This document shows positions 1 through 8,840 of a stretch of DNA of 64,000 nt, one piece after another. The notes under the pieces are model-generated. The model made no database searches and had not been told where the DNA came from. It saw only the letters and a program-made list of their open reading frames with translations. The stretch comes from Arenicellales bacterium (GTDB taxonomy: Bacteria > Pseudomonadota > Gammaproteobacteria > Arenicellales > JAJDZL01): contig OZ243928.1 in the NCBI GenBank assembly GCA_965213865.1, positions 1,791,384-1,855,383 on the forward strand, written 5' to 3'. The stretch's first letter is position 1, and each line of letters starts with the position of its first letter. Position numbers and translations under genes: made by a program.

Positions 1-160
1 ACTCAATGAAGCCATCAATTGCGCTTTGTGCCGCAGCACGTACCGCACGGCGGACACTGTTGAGATCTTGGTAGCCATGAATTCTCAGGACTGCCTCAAG
101 TTTAGGTATTGGTTTGTCTAATGGCAAAACCTCAATTTCATTGACTTTCAGAGTTGTCAT
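1..160 (-). CDS. Partial CDS running off the left edge; hypothetical protein, possibly related to the B12 methionine synthase activation domain
   Basis: ATG at 160 opens MTTLKVNEIEVLPLDKPIPKLEAVLRIHGYQDLNSVRRAVRAAAQSAIDGFIE with no stop before position 1; lies just downstream of metF on the same strand. Product guess is weak. Confidence 0.4.
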   Translation of the reverse strand, partial: MTTLKVNEIEVLPLDKPIPKLEAVLRIHGYQDLNSVRRAVRAAAQSAIDGFIE

Positions 161-211
161 GACGCCAAGCCGGTCGGATGCTTGCCTATTCCAGATCCGT
201 TCGTATTTGAA

Positions 212-1078
212 CTAGGCCGCATTGGATTCGGTCACGCATCTCAAGCGATACTGTTCGATCCATTCGATGGATTTTTGCAATCCGCCAAGAGGGAAAATGT
301 GGATTTTTTCAATTTGGCTGCCTGGATTGTTCAAACAGTAAACCGTCAGATCATCCAAGATCTTTTGCGGTGTTGACGGGGTCAGAAGTTTGCCGGATTG
401 CCGAGCTTGCTTTTTCAAATACTGAACAGAATTGCCGATGCCGCAGTTCACCGCGTGCTTGAGCAGCGATGCCACAGAGGCAACTCCTGGAATGCCAATG
501 TGTATCGGCAGCTTGTTGCCGGCATCCATCAGCTTTTGCTGCCATTGAATCACCGGTTCGGCTTCGAAACAAAACTGGGTCACAATATGAATCCGCGCGT
601 CGGTTCGTTCAGCGAATTGCTGTTTCCAGTGCAGTGCAGCGTCTAGCGATTCGGCTGAGATATCTGGACTGCCCTCCGGGTGGCCGGCAATGCCGATGCG
701 GATGATCCCGAACTGGTCGAACAGGCCGGTTTCAAGCATCTGCATTGCATTGTCAAATTCGCCGAGAGCGCACTGAGAACCGCCTGCGATAGCCAGCACC
801 TGCGTGCCGCCGCAGTTGTCCTGAAAACGAAGCAGCGATTCGGCCAATTGTTTTCGGCTTCGAATTTGACGAGCTGCATAATGGGGAACAGGCATGAAAC
901 CCTCGCGCTGCAAACGTTCGCAGACGTTGAGTGTGTCTGCAATGGTGGAGCCAGGCAGAAGCGTGACGTAAACGCTGGTTCCCGATTGCAAAAAGCGTTT
1001 GTAATCGGGGATTTTTGCGGCCGCCCTGGGGGTCGTTTCGACTGAGTAGTTCTGCAGAAGCTGTTCGCATGAATGCAT
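212..1078 (-). CDS. metF: Methylenetetrahydrofolate reductase family protein
   Basis: Motifs SVETTP, PVPHYAAR, IAGHPEGSPDI, IVTQFCFE, HIGIPG and HIFPLGG; start probably ATG 1078 (ORF extends to 1108). Confidence 0.85.
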   Translation of the reverse strand: MHSCEQLLQNYSVETTPRAAAKIPDYKRFLQSGTSVYVTLLPGSTIADTLNVCERLQREGFMPVPHYAARQIRSRKQLAESLLRFQDNCGGTQVLAIAGGSQCALGEFDNAMQMLETGLFDQFGIIRIGIAGHPEGSPDISAESLDAALHWKQQFAERTDARIHIVTQFCFEAEPVIQWQQKLMDAGNKLPIHIGIPGVASVASLLKHAVNCGIGNSVQYLKKQARQSGKLLTPSTPQKILDDLTVYCLNNPGSQIEKIHIFPLGGLQKSIEWIEQYRLRCVTESNAA

Positions 1079-1586
1079 TTGGCAATAGGTCAAGGTCGGG
1101 ATCCTCAAAACGGAAGTGAGTGCTCAAAATTTCGACTGCATATCTGATCTTCAGCCACAGGGTGGCAGTGAGGTTTCTCAGGCGCGGAATTATAGAGATA
1201 AATTATCGAGATACAGACATGATTTCAGCTGGATCAATGAAGCCTTCAGACATGTTGAGTCGACATTCGATTGGGCAGTCCGCGAGCTTCATCATCCGTC
1301 AAATTCTTTGCAGGCAGGCGGTGGTCGGATGAGTACCTGTGCATTTCTGCTCAGACACCGGCACACTGCTATACAGAGTCTCATCCAATTGAGAATTTTC
1401 GCCTGCTGCGACTGGCAGCCCGCTCTCCATTCTTCAATTGCTGGGTCCAATGCATTATCATTTTAGAAACGTCAGCTCCATACTGTCGGCATTGGACTTC
1501 TGTGTCCTGAGTGCCGGGCTGACCATTGCTCCGCGCAGAAAATCGATTGCGCACTGATTGATCGCGAACTTTGAAGCAGAATGACA

Positions 1587-1874
1587 ATGGCGAAAGTAAC
1601 CATACTCTACTGGCAAGATATCCCGTCGGTTGTCGAGGCGCGCGATGGTGATGGTGTGCACAAAGAACTTTTGAGCGACAAGTTTCAGGAATTGATTGAC
1701 CACATCGCGATGCGGCAGAAATTGCATGGTACCGATGCGTATCTCGAGCAATGGCGAAAGTGCCGTCCCTATCGTGTCGAGGGCTCTGCAAAGGAGGTCG
1801 CAGCATCGATCGCGGCTGACTTTGAGGATCGGTACCAAGAAATTCGACAAGCGCAGCTCGCTAAAGCGGTCTGA
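1587..1874 (+). CDS. Small 'Virulence factor' family protein (Virulence_fact-like), usually found with folate/methyl-transfer genes
   Basis: YWQDIPSVV...FQELIDHIAM...DAYLEQW pattern; divergent from metF. Confidence 0.7.
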   Translation: MAKVTILYWQDIPSVVEARDGDGVHKELLSDKFQELIDHIAMRQKLHGTDAYLEQWRKCRPYRVEGSAKEVAASIAADFEDRYQEIRQAQLAKAV

Positions 1875-3150
1875 CAAATCTGGCCGGGTCGCAGTAAATC
1901 GCACGAAAGTCATTGACGTTTGTGAGTGTGGGTCCAGTCGTGACCAGACCGCCCGTCGCTTTGAAGAAGCTGTAGGCGTCATTGTTTTCCAGAAACTTCC
2001 ATGGCTCTAAATTTTTTGCCTGCGCATGAGCCAGCGTCTGCTCATCAATGAGCGCGCCTGCATTGTCTTCAGAACCGTCAATGCCATCGGTGTCGCAGGC
2101 AATGGCGCAGATGCCCGAAAGTTCCCCAAGCTCAAGAGCCAATGCCAGCGCGAACTCAGTATTCGGACCGCCTTTGCCGGTGCCGCGAACCGCAACAGTG
2201 GTCTCGCCGCCCGATACAATGATGAACGGCTCCCGACTGGCTCGCTGGGCCACAGTGCTGCGCAGAAACCGCACATGATCCTTCGCCGCCTGTCTTGAGT
2301 CAGCGGCGACCGCATCGCTGAGCAGGATTGCTTCAATGCCCGCTTGCTGAGCTTCTGCGACGGCGGCTTGCAGGCAGTCGCTGGCGCTTGCAATCATGAT
2401 CTCTTCGGCGTGCCTGAAGATCGGACTGTCTGGCTTGGGGGTTTCCAGTTTCCCGCTGCGCAGCAGCTGATCGATGGTCGCGCTGGCATGGATGCCGTAG
2501 CGCTGCAGGATAGCGAGCGCATCAGCGCAGGTGGTCGCATCGGCAGCCGTGGGTCCTGACCCGATCACTGAGACATCGTCGCCGACAACATCTGAAATAT
2601 AGAAAGTCAGGGTGGGTGCCGGGTAGAGTTTTTCCATCAATCGTCCGCCTTTGACAGCGGAAAGATGCTTGCGAACACAGTTGATCTCTTGAATGCTGGC
2701 GCCGGAAAGAATCAGCTGCTGGTGGATCTTCTTTTTGTCGGCAAAATCGATCGCCGGGTGCGGCAAGGTCAGCAGCGCCGACGCGCCGCCTGATATCAGG
2801 CACACCGCTTGCGAGTCTGTATCCATCAAGGCGGCAGTCTCAACGATTTTCTGGGCGGCTGCGAGGCTGGCATCATCAGGAATTGGATGCGCCGCTTCAA
2901 TAATCTCAATATGCTGACACGCTGCGCCATGGCCGTAGCGGGTGATGCTTAGGCCGCTGATTGCGCCGTCAAAATGATCTTCAATTGACTTGGCCATGGC
3001 GGCCGATGCTTTGCCAGCGCCTATGACGGTGATTTTTTCTTTCGATATGCGGTTCAGATGTGCGGGCAGGCAGTTTTCTGCCAAGCCGCGCTTGACAGCG
3101 GTATGGTATAAGTGCCTGAGGAGTGTCGACGGCTGCTGCGTATGGTTCAT
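1861..3150 (-). CDS. Glycerate 2-kinase / hydroxypyruvate reductase (MOFRL family, TtuD-like)
   Basis: GAGKASAAM, EAAHPIPD, LISGGASAL, ISDVVGDD, SGGETTV, DTDGIDG and TGPTLTNVND motifs. Confidence 0.9.
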   Translation of the reverse strand: MNHTQQPSTLLRHLYHTAVKRGLAENCLPAHLNRISKEKITVIGAGKASAAMAKSIEDHFDGAISGLSITRYGHGAACQHIEIIEAAHPIPDDASLAAAQKIVETAALMDTDSQAVCLISGGASALLTLPHPAIDFADKKKIHQQLILSGASIQEINCVRKHLSAVKGGRLMEKLYPAPTLTFYISDVVGDDVSVIGSGPTAADATTCADALAILQRYGIHASATIDQLLRSGKLETPKPDSPIFRHAEEIMIASASDCLQAAVAEAQQAGIEAILLSDAVAADSRQAAKDHVRFLRSTVAQRASREPFIIVSGGETTVAVRGTGKGGPNTEFALALALELGELSGICAIACDTDGIDGSEDNAGALIDEQTLAHAQAKNLEPWKFLENNDAYSFFKATGGLVTTGPTLTNVNDFRAIYCDPARFVRPL

Positions 3151-3309
3151 TCAGTGGATCGCATCATCGTTCATGGAGGCAGACTGCCGGCGTGTCCCGC
3201 AGGCGCCCGTCCGCGTGATCGAGATTATTCTCAGTACGGTGATTTGTATATACTGCGGCGAGTAGCGGTTGATACGCTGCTCCATGATAAAAAATTCTAA
3301 AGGTGACAA

Positions 3310-4788
3310 ATGGATTCTACAGATCTTGAACGCCATGTCAATCAGCCCGGTCGTGATGATCTGGTCAAGCAGGTGCGTGACAAAATCAACGAATTGGGCA
3401 TTGATTACATTTACTACCAGTTTATTTCGGTGACCGGACGAATTGTGGGCAAAGGAGTCCCCGCTGACCATTGGGAGACAATTGCAAGCCGCGGCTTCCA
3501 GCTGGTCTACGGATCGACTGCGAACTTGTTCATCGATCGTCACGGCGACTACATCGGATACGGCCCCCAAGCGATGGAGCTGGTCGGAATCCCGGATCCA
3601 GAAACCTTCTGTCAGCTGCCTTGGGACAAGCGCGTTGCGCGCGTCTATTGCACCTGTTTCCGCAACCGTGAGGAGCGCGACAACCCGGGCGGGCATCTGA
3701 CTTCAGATTGTCGGGGGAACTTGAGAATTATCCATGATGAGTTTCAGCAGGCTCATGATGGCTTGCATTTGCGTCATGGCATGGAGCCTGAGATGATGTG
3801 GCTCAAGCGTGGTTCGGACGGGAAGCCGGATGGCGGATTTTCTGAGCCTTACTGCTATCACATTGACCAGTTTGAGAGCCTGCGTCCAGTGTTCATGAAG
3901 GTGATCGAGTATTCTCGATTCATGGGGCTGGATATGATTCAGGGGGATCACGAGGATGCTCCCGGGCAGCTGGAGCTGAACTTTACCTATGACGAGGCCC
4001 TGCGAACCTGTGACCGGCTGTCGACCTATCGGCAGATTTGTGCGCAAGTGGCCCGCGAGCACGACCTGATTGCCTGTTTTATGACCAAGCCGTTTATGGG
4101 TGTCTCAGCCAATGGCTGCCATACCAATATGTCGCTGTGGAGAGGCGGCGAGGATGCCGTCAATCGGCTCGGCAACGACGATGGACTCAAGGGCTTGGAA
4201 AGTGTCTACCAGTACCGCGGCGGCGGCGAGAACTTTTTTATGCCGGATACCGATGACCCGCAGATGCCGGGCAAGGTCGGGCTCCAGGCCGTTGCCGGTG
4301 TCATGAGGCATCTGGATGCGCTGACTGCGCTGGGCTGCTCGACAGTGAATTCCTATCGGCGTTTGTGGGATACTGGATTCTGGGCGCCGGTCTACAAGGA
4401 CTGGGGCTATCAGAACCGCACTACGGCGCTTCGAATATCTGCCCCGGGCCGCTTTGAGTTCAGGGCGGTGGACTCCATGGTGAATCCATACTTGCTCTGT
4501 GCGGGCTTGCTCAAGTCGTTCGACGATGGCATTGCCAACGATCTTGACCCGGGAAAACCTGAAAGTCGCAATATCTATGAGGCCATGGAAGCGGGCAAGC
4601 AGGTCACCAAACTGCCGATGTCGCTTGGCGAGGCGCTTGCGGCGCTCAAGCAGGATGAGGTTGTGATGTCAGCGCTGCCCGATGAGATGGGCAAAGTGTT
4701 TTTGCATTACAAAGAAGACGAGTGGGCCAAATTCATGGCAACCGTGACGGATTGGGACTTGGACACTTATCTTGACTGTTTGCCCTGA
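3310..4788 (+). CDS. Glutamine synthetase-like gamma-glutamyl-amine ligase (GmaS-like)
   Basis: GMEPEM, HEDAPGQLE, FMTKP, NGCH, NSYRRL, QNRT and FEFR motifs; first gene of the mgsABC-like operon. Confidence 0.85.
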   Translation: MDSTDLERHVNQPGRDDLVKQVRDKINELGIDYIYYQFISVTGRIVGKGVPADHWETIASRGFQLVYGSTANLFIDRHGDYIGYGPQAMELVGIPDPETFCQLPWDKRVARVYCTCFRNREERDNPGGHLTSDCRGNLRIIHDEFQQAHDGLHLRHGMEPEMMWLKRGSDGKPDGGFSEPYCYHIDQFESLRPVFMKVIEYSRFMGLDMIQGDHEDAPGQLELNFTYDEALRTCDRLSTYRQICAQVAREHDLIACFMTKPFMGVSANGCHTNMSLWRGGEDAVNRLGNDDGLKGLESVYQYRGGGENFFMPDTDDPQMPGKVGLQAVAGVMRHLDALTALGCSTVNSYRRLWDTGFWAPVYKDWGYQNRTTALRISAPGRFEFRAVDSMVNPYLLCAGLLKSFDDGIANDLDPGKPESRNIYEAMEAGKQVTKLPMSLGEALAALKQDEVVMSALPDEMGKVFLHYKEDEWAKFMATVTDWDLDTYLDCLP

Positions 4789-4800
4789 GGGATTTGCTGT

Positions 4801-5745
4801 ATGTGTGGAATAGCTGGACTCATTCATCGAGGCAGGACATCCAATATCGGAGAAGAGCTGCTCTCGATGCTGCAATCGCTCAAGCATCGCGGACCGGACT
4901 CGACGGGTCTGGCGATGTATGGCGTCCCGACTGACAGCGGTGAGAATGAATACGTCATGCGCCTCAAGGTGGCCGAAGGCGCCGAATTGTCAGCGGGCTT
5001 TCGAATCTATGAGGACATCAAAGAGCGTATCGCTGAGGTGCGCAGGCGCCTTGCGGACAGCGCCGCTCAGGTGACAGATGAGCAGGCGGTCACCGAATAT
5101 GCGTTGCGTTGCCGTTTCAAGTTCAGCGGCGACCTGCGGCGGCTGGCGGATTATCTTGAAGATGTGCCTGGAGTTGAAATTCTGTCCATTGGCAACGCGC
5201 TGGAGCTGATCAAGGATCTGGGTGACGCGCAGGTTGTTGGCGAGCAGTATCAGCTGAATTCTTTCATTGGAACGCATGCCATTGGACATACGCGCATGGC
5301 GACTGAATCGGATGTCGATATCCGCTCCGCGCATCCATACTGGGCGTATCCTTTTTTGGATGTGTCGGTGGTGCATAACGGCCAGCTGACCAATTACTGG
5401 AATTCACGTCGGGCGCTGGAGCGGAAAGGGCACCGTTTCATGTCGAACTGCGATTCCGAGCTGATTGCGGTTTATCTGGCTGATGCGATGGATCGCGGCG
5501 GCGACCTGGAAGAATCAATGAATCGCTCGCTGCGAGAGCTGGACGGCGTTTTTACCTATGTCGTCGCGTCGCAGAACCAATTGGGCATGGCCAAGGATTA
5601 CATGGCAGCCAAGCCCATGGTGCTGTACGAGTCGGATGATTTTGTGGCCTTGGCTTCGGAAGAGGTTGCCATTCGAAGCGTGTTTCCACATGAAATAGAT
5701 ACATTTGATCCTTATGAGGGGGAGGTGCGGGTATGGCAGAGCTAA
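4801..5745 (+). CDS. Class II glutamine amidotransferase (N-methylglutamate synthase subunit A / GlxB-like)
   Basis: N-terminal MCGIAG, HRGPDS, GHTRMATES, VHNGQLTN and DSE. Confidence 0.9.
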   Translation: MCGIAGLIHRGRTSNIGEELLSMLQSLKHRGPDSTGLAMYGVPTDSGENEYVMRLKVAEGAELSAGFRIYEDIKERIAEVRRRLADSAAQVTDEQAVTEYALRCRFKFSGDLRRLADYLEDVPGVEILSIGNALELIKDLGDAQVVGEQYQLNSFIGTHAIGHTRMATESDVDIRSAHPYWAYPFLDVSVVHNGQLTNYWNSRRALERKGHRFMSNCDSELIAVYLADAMDRGGDLEESMNRSLRELDGVFTYVVASQNQLGMAKDYMAAKPMVLYESDDFVALASEEVAIRSVFPHEIDTFDPYEGEVRVWQS

Positions 5746-6563
5746 AGCCAATGAGCTCAATGCATGCGGAAAAGCTGACCGGCCGGACGCAGCAGCGGTT
5801 CTTCTCTGTCACGGATACAGATCGGCTGGCTTCGCCGCAGTCAATCGAGGTGGATTTTGACAAGGCCGCTGAATTCGATGCGGCGAACCTCACGGTGCGC
5901 GAGATCAATCAGCAGATTGCTGCCTTGATGCGGGCTGGACACGGCACCATTACAGTACGCAATCCTGGGGCAAGGCATTCGCTTGCAGTGGGCATACTCA
6001 GCCGGCTGAACCTGAATTTTGAGGGCAGCCTGGGCTATTTTGGCTGCGGGCTGATTGACGGTCCCAACATTCGAATTTCGGGAAGGGTAGGCTGGTCCTG
6101 CGCGGAGAACATGATGAGCGGAACTGTTGTCATCGAAAAAAATGCCGGATCAACTTTTGGAGCTGCTATTCGCGGCGGCGATCTGGTTTGCAAGTCAGAT
6201 GTCGGGTCGCGCACGGGTATTGACATGAAGGGCGGCACCATTATCGTGGGCGGCAGAACCGGTGCATTCAGCGGATTTATGATGCAGCGGGGCCGCATGA
6301 TCATCTTGGGTGATGCAGGCCCTAATCTGGGCGACTCCATGTATGACGGCATTATCTATGTGGGCGGGAGCATCCAGGAGCTTGGCGTCGATGCAGTGGA
6401 TGCCGAGATGACGGAGCTAGAATGCCAGTGGGTGGAGCGCAAACTGGCGCTCTATGGCCTGGAAGCGCCGAACGGAGCTGCGAATCTGCGCAAGATTGAA
6501 TCGGGCAAGCAGTTGTGGAACTATGACAACTTGGAGCCCACCGAAAAGAAACTCGTACTTTGA
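5733..6563 (+). CDS. GXGXG-domain protein (MgsB / GlxC-like)
   Basis: Repeated G-x-x-G-x-x-M-x-G-G beta-helix motifs; overlaps the upstream gene. Confidence 0.85.
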   Translation: MAELKPMSSMHAEKLTGRTQQRFFSVTDTDRLASPQSIEVDFDKAAEFDAANLTVREINQQIAALMRAGHGTITVRNPGARHSLAVGILSRLNLNFEGSLGYFGCGLIDGPNIRISGRVGWSCAENMMSGTVVIEKNAGSTFGAAIRGGDLVCKSDVGSRTGIDMKGGTIIVGGRTGAFSGFMMQRGRMIILGDAGPNLGDSMYDGIIYVGGSIQELGVDAVDAEMTELECQWVERKLALYGLEAPNGAANLRKIESGKQLWNYDNLEPTEKKLVL

Positions 6564-6575
6564 TGGATTGACCAG

Positions 6576-7949
6576 ATGGAACCGAAGAAAAAGACAGCGC
6601 CGCCGGGACCGCCGCGGGTGTCACGCAACGTCAGCGGACTTGGCCGCAGTTCGATATTCCCGACTGAGGTGATTGATGACATTCATATCAAGTCGGAACT
6701 CGGGCGCTATCGAATGCGCGGTTTCTCGCTGTTTAAGAAGATTCCGACCTTTGAGGACCTGACTTTCTTGCCGGGAACACTGACGCGGTTCGTGATCGAA
6801 GGGTATCGTGAGCGCTGTGAAACCAAGACAGTGCTGGGACCAAGAGCGCAAAAGCCGCTGGTGCTGGATATTCCAGTCTATATCACCGGCATGAGTTTTG
6901 GTGCATTGTCATATGAGGCGAAGACGGCACTGGCTCGAGGCGCCACCATGGCGGGAACGGCAACCTGCTCCGGCGAGGGCGGCATGATTCCCGATGAGAG
7001 ACGCTATTCGATCAAATGGTTTTATCAATGCATCCAGTCGCGCTACGGATTCAATCCGCATCATTTGCGGCTGGCTGATGCCTGCGAGTTCTTTATCGGC
7101 CAAGGCTGCAAAGTCGGACTGGGCGGCCATTTGATGGGGCAGAAAGTGACCGATCAAGTCGCTGAGATGCGCTCTTTGCCCGCCGGTATCGATCAGCGCT
7201 CGCCTGCCCGTCATCCTGACTGGCTTGGTCCCGATGATCTGGCATTGAAGATTGAGGAAATTCGCGAAGCGACTGACTGGCAGATTCCAATTCAGCTCAA
7301 GCTGGGCGCTGCCCGGGTGTACGATGATGTCCGCATGGCCGCGAAAACGGATCCGGACATGATTTACATCGACGGCATGGAAGGCTCGACCGGTGCGGGT
7401 CCGCATTTGGCAACGGAAGAGACTGGGGTGCCGGGAATCGCCGCCATCCGCCAGGCGCGCAAGGCGCTTGACGATGTTGGAAAAACTGGCGATATCTCCT
7501 TGATTTATGCCGGCGGGGTGCGCAACGGCGGCGATATTGCCAAAGCGCTGGCGCTGGGCGCTGACGCTGTTGCAATCGGGCATGCCTCGCTGATGGCGCT
7601 CAATTGCAATAAAGCCATTCCAGAAGCGGACTTCGAGGCTGAAATCGGTGTGGAGGCGGGCTACTGCTATCACTGCCATACAGGTCGCTGTCCGGTCGGC
7701 GTGGCGACGCAGGACCCGGAGCTTCGAAAACGCCTCAATCCCGATGACGCGGCCGAGCGTGTTTACAATTTCCTGCATACGCTAGCTATTGAGTGTCAAA
7801 TGATGGCGCGAGCATGCGGCAAAACCGATGTGCATTCGCTTGAGCCCGAGGATTTGGCTGCATTGACGATGGAAGCTTCCGCGATGGCGATGGTGCCGCT
7901 TGCCGGCACTCAGCATACGGTCGGCAGACCTGACATGACCCGTTATTGA
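6576..7949 (+). CDS. FMN-binding glutamate synthase family protein (MgsC / GlxD-like)
   Basis: GMSFGALS, SGEGG, GQGCKVGLGG, SPARHPD, ALALGADAV and CYHCHTGRCPVGVATQD Fe-S motif. Confidence 0.9.
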   Translation: MEPKKKTAPPGPPRVSRNVSGLGRSSIFPTEVIDDIHIKSELGRYRMRGFSLFKKIPTFEDLTFLPGTLTRFVIEGYRERCETKTVLGPRAQKPLVLDIPVYITGMSFGALSYEAKTALARGATMAGTATCSGEGGMIPDERRYSIKWFYQCIQSRYGFNPHHLRLADACEFFIGQGCKVGLGGHLMGQKVTDQVAEMRSLPAGIDQRSPARHPDWLGPDDLALKIEEIREATDWQIPIQLKLGAARVYDDVRMAAKTDPDMIYIDGMEGSTGAGPHLATEETGVPGIAAIRQARKALDDVGKTGDISLIYAGGVRNGGDIAKALALGADAVAIGHASLMALNCNKAIPEADFEAEIGVEAGYCYHCHTGRCPVGVATQDPELRKRLNPDDAAERVYNFLHTLAIECQMMARACGKTDVHSLEPEDLAALTMEASAMAMVPLAGTQHTVGRPDMTRY

Positions 7950-7967
7950 AAATGAGAATTTCCAGCA

Positions 7968-8366
7968 ATGAGTAAAGTTTCAAAAATCCGGGCTTCCTCA
8001 AGCCAAAGCTCGACAGCAGAGCGGGAGCATGAAATCGGCCAGCACATCGGCTATCGCTACGATGTCAACCTGGTTCCTGATTATGGCCGGCTTACGCCTT
8101 ATCTCAAGCGCTATATTGAGTTCATGGGCTGGGATGACCTGAACTGGCTTGAAGACGTGCATCTGGGCTATGAAGAGGGCCGGCCGGCGGTATTTGACCG
8201 CAATATCAACGGCTGGGTGCAGGTGCCAGCCGACATAGAGCTGCCCGATAATCAGCAAGATCGCGATATGATCGCTCGCGAGCTGCTGGTCAAGTTCCAG
8301 TCATCATCAGACCACCCGCTTGTTGAGCTCAATGAGGAGTATGGCAAAGTCAGGCATTCTGCTTGA
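7968..8366 (+). CDS. Hypothetical protein at the end of the GS/mgs operon
   Basis: 132-aa ORF starting 18 nt after the mgsC-like stop, with host-like codon usage and globular composition. Confidence 0.7.
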   Translation: MSKVSKIRASSSQSSTAEREHEIGQHIGYRYDVNLVPDYGRLTPYLKRYIEFMGWDDLNWLEDVHLGYEEGRPAVFDRNINGWVQVPADIELPDNQQDRDMIARELLVKFQSSSDHPLVELNEEYGKVRHSA

Positions 8367-8840
8367 TTGCGCCGCACAATGTCGGAGTCTTGATTTTCAT
8401 AGCCTCTTAAAGCTGCTGAAAACATTGCGTTGGTGCGCAGCGGTTCAAGACTGTGCGCCCCGAAGCGCTCCAAAACTCGTATACTCGCTTGACTGTCGAC
8501 TTCCTCGGGGAGGATTTGTGTCTATGCTGATTCAAGTTTGCGGCGAACAGGCAGGTTTGCTTTTTGGTCGTCAATATCTCGAAAAAACTTTTCCTTTTTA
8601 CATCAGATTTGATCCCAATGCTGGTGAAATATCATTTGGTTAATTCAATAATCAAGTTTCGGAGTCCATATCGGACGAATTCACGGTGCCAGCGCCGCAA
8701 CGGGTTCGTGATTTTTAAGTACGTTAAATATCTGGGGCATTGGTGCAACCGTGTGTGAGACTCAGCAAGCAAATTCTGAAATGAATATTCGCATTCAAAT
8801 TGATTGCTAAAACTTATCGAATGAGGTAAGTAACAACGAA

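Noticed and set aside
1109-1580. Possible SAM/SAH/THF riboswitch upstream of metF
   Set aside because: No consensus elements recognisable by eye; an Rfam/Infernal scan would be needed.
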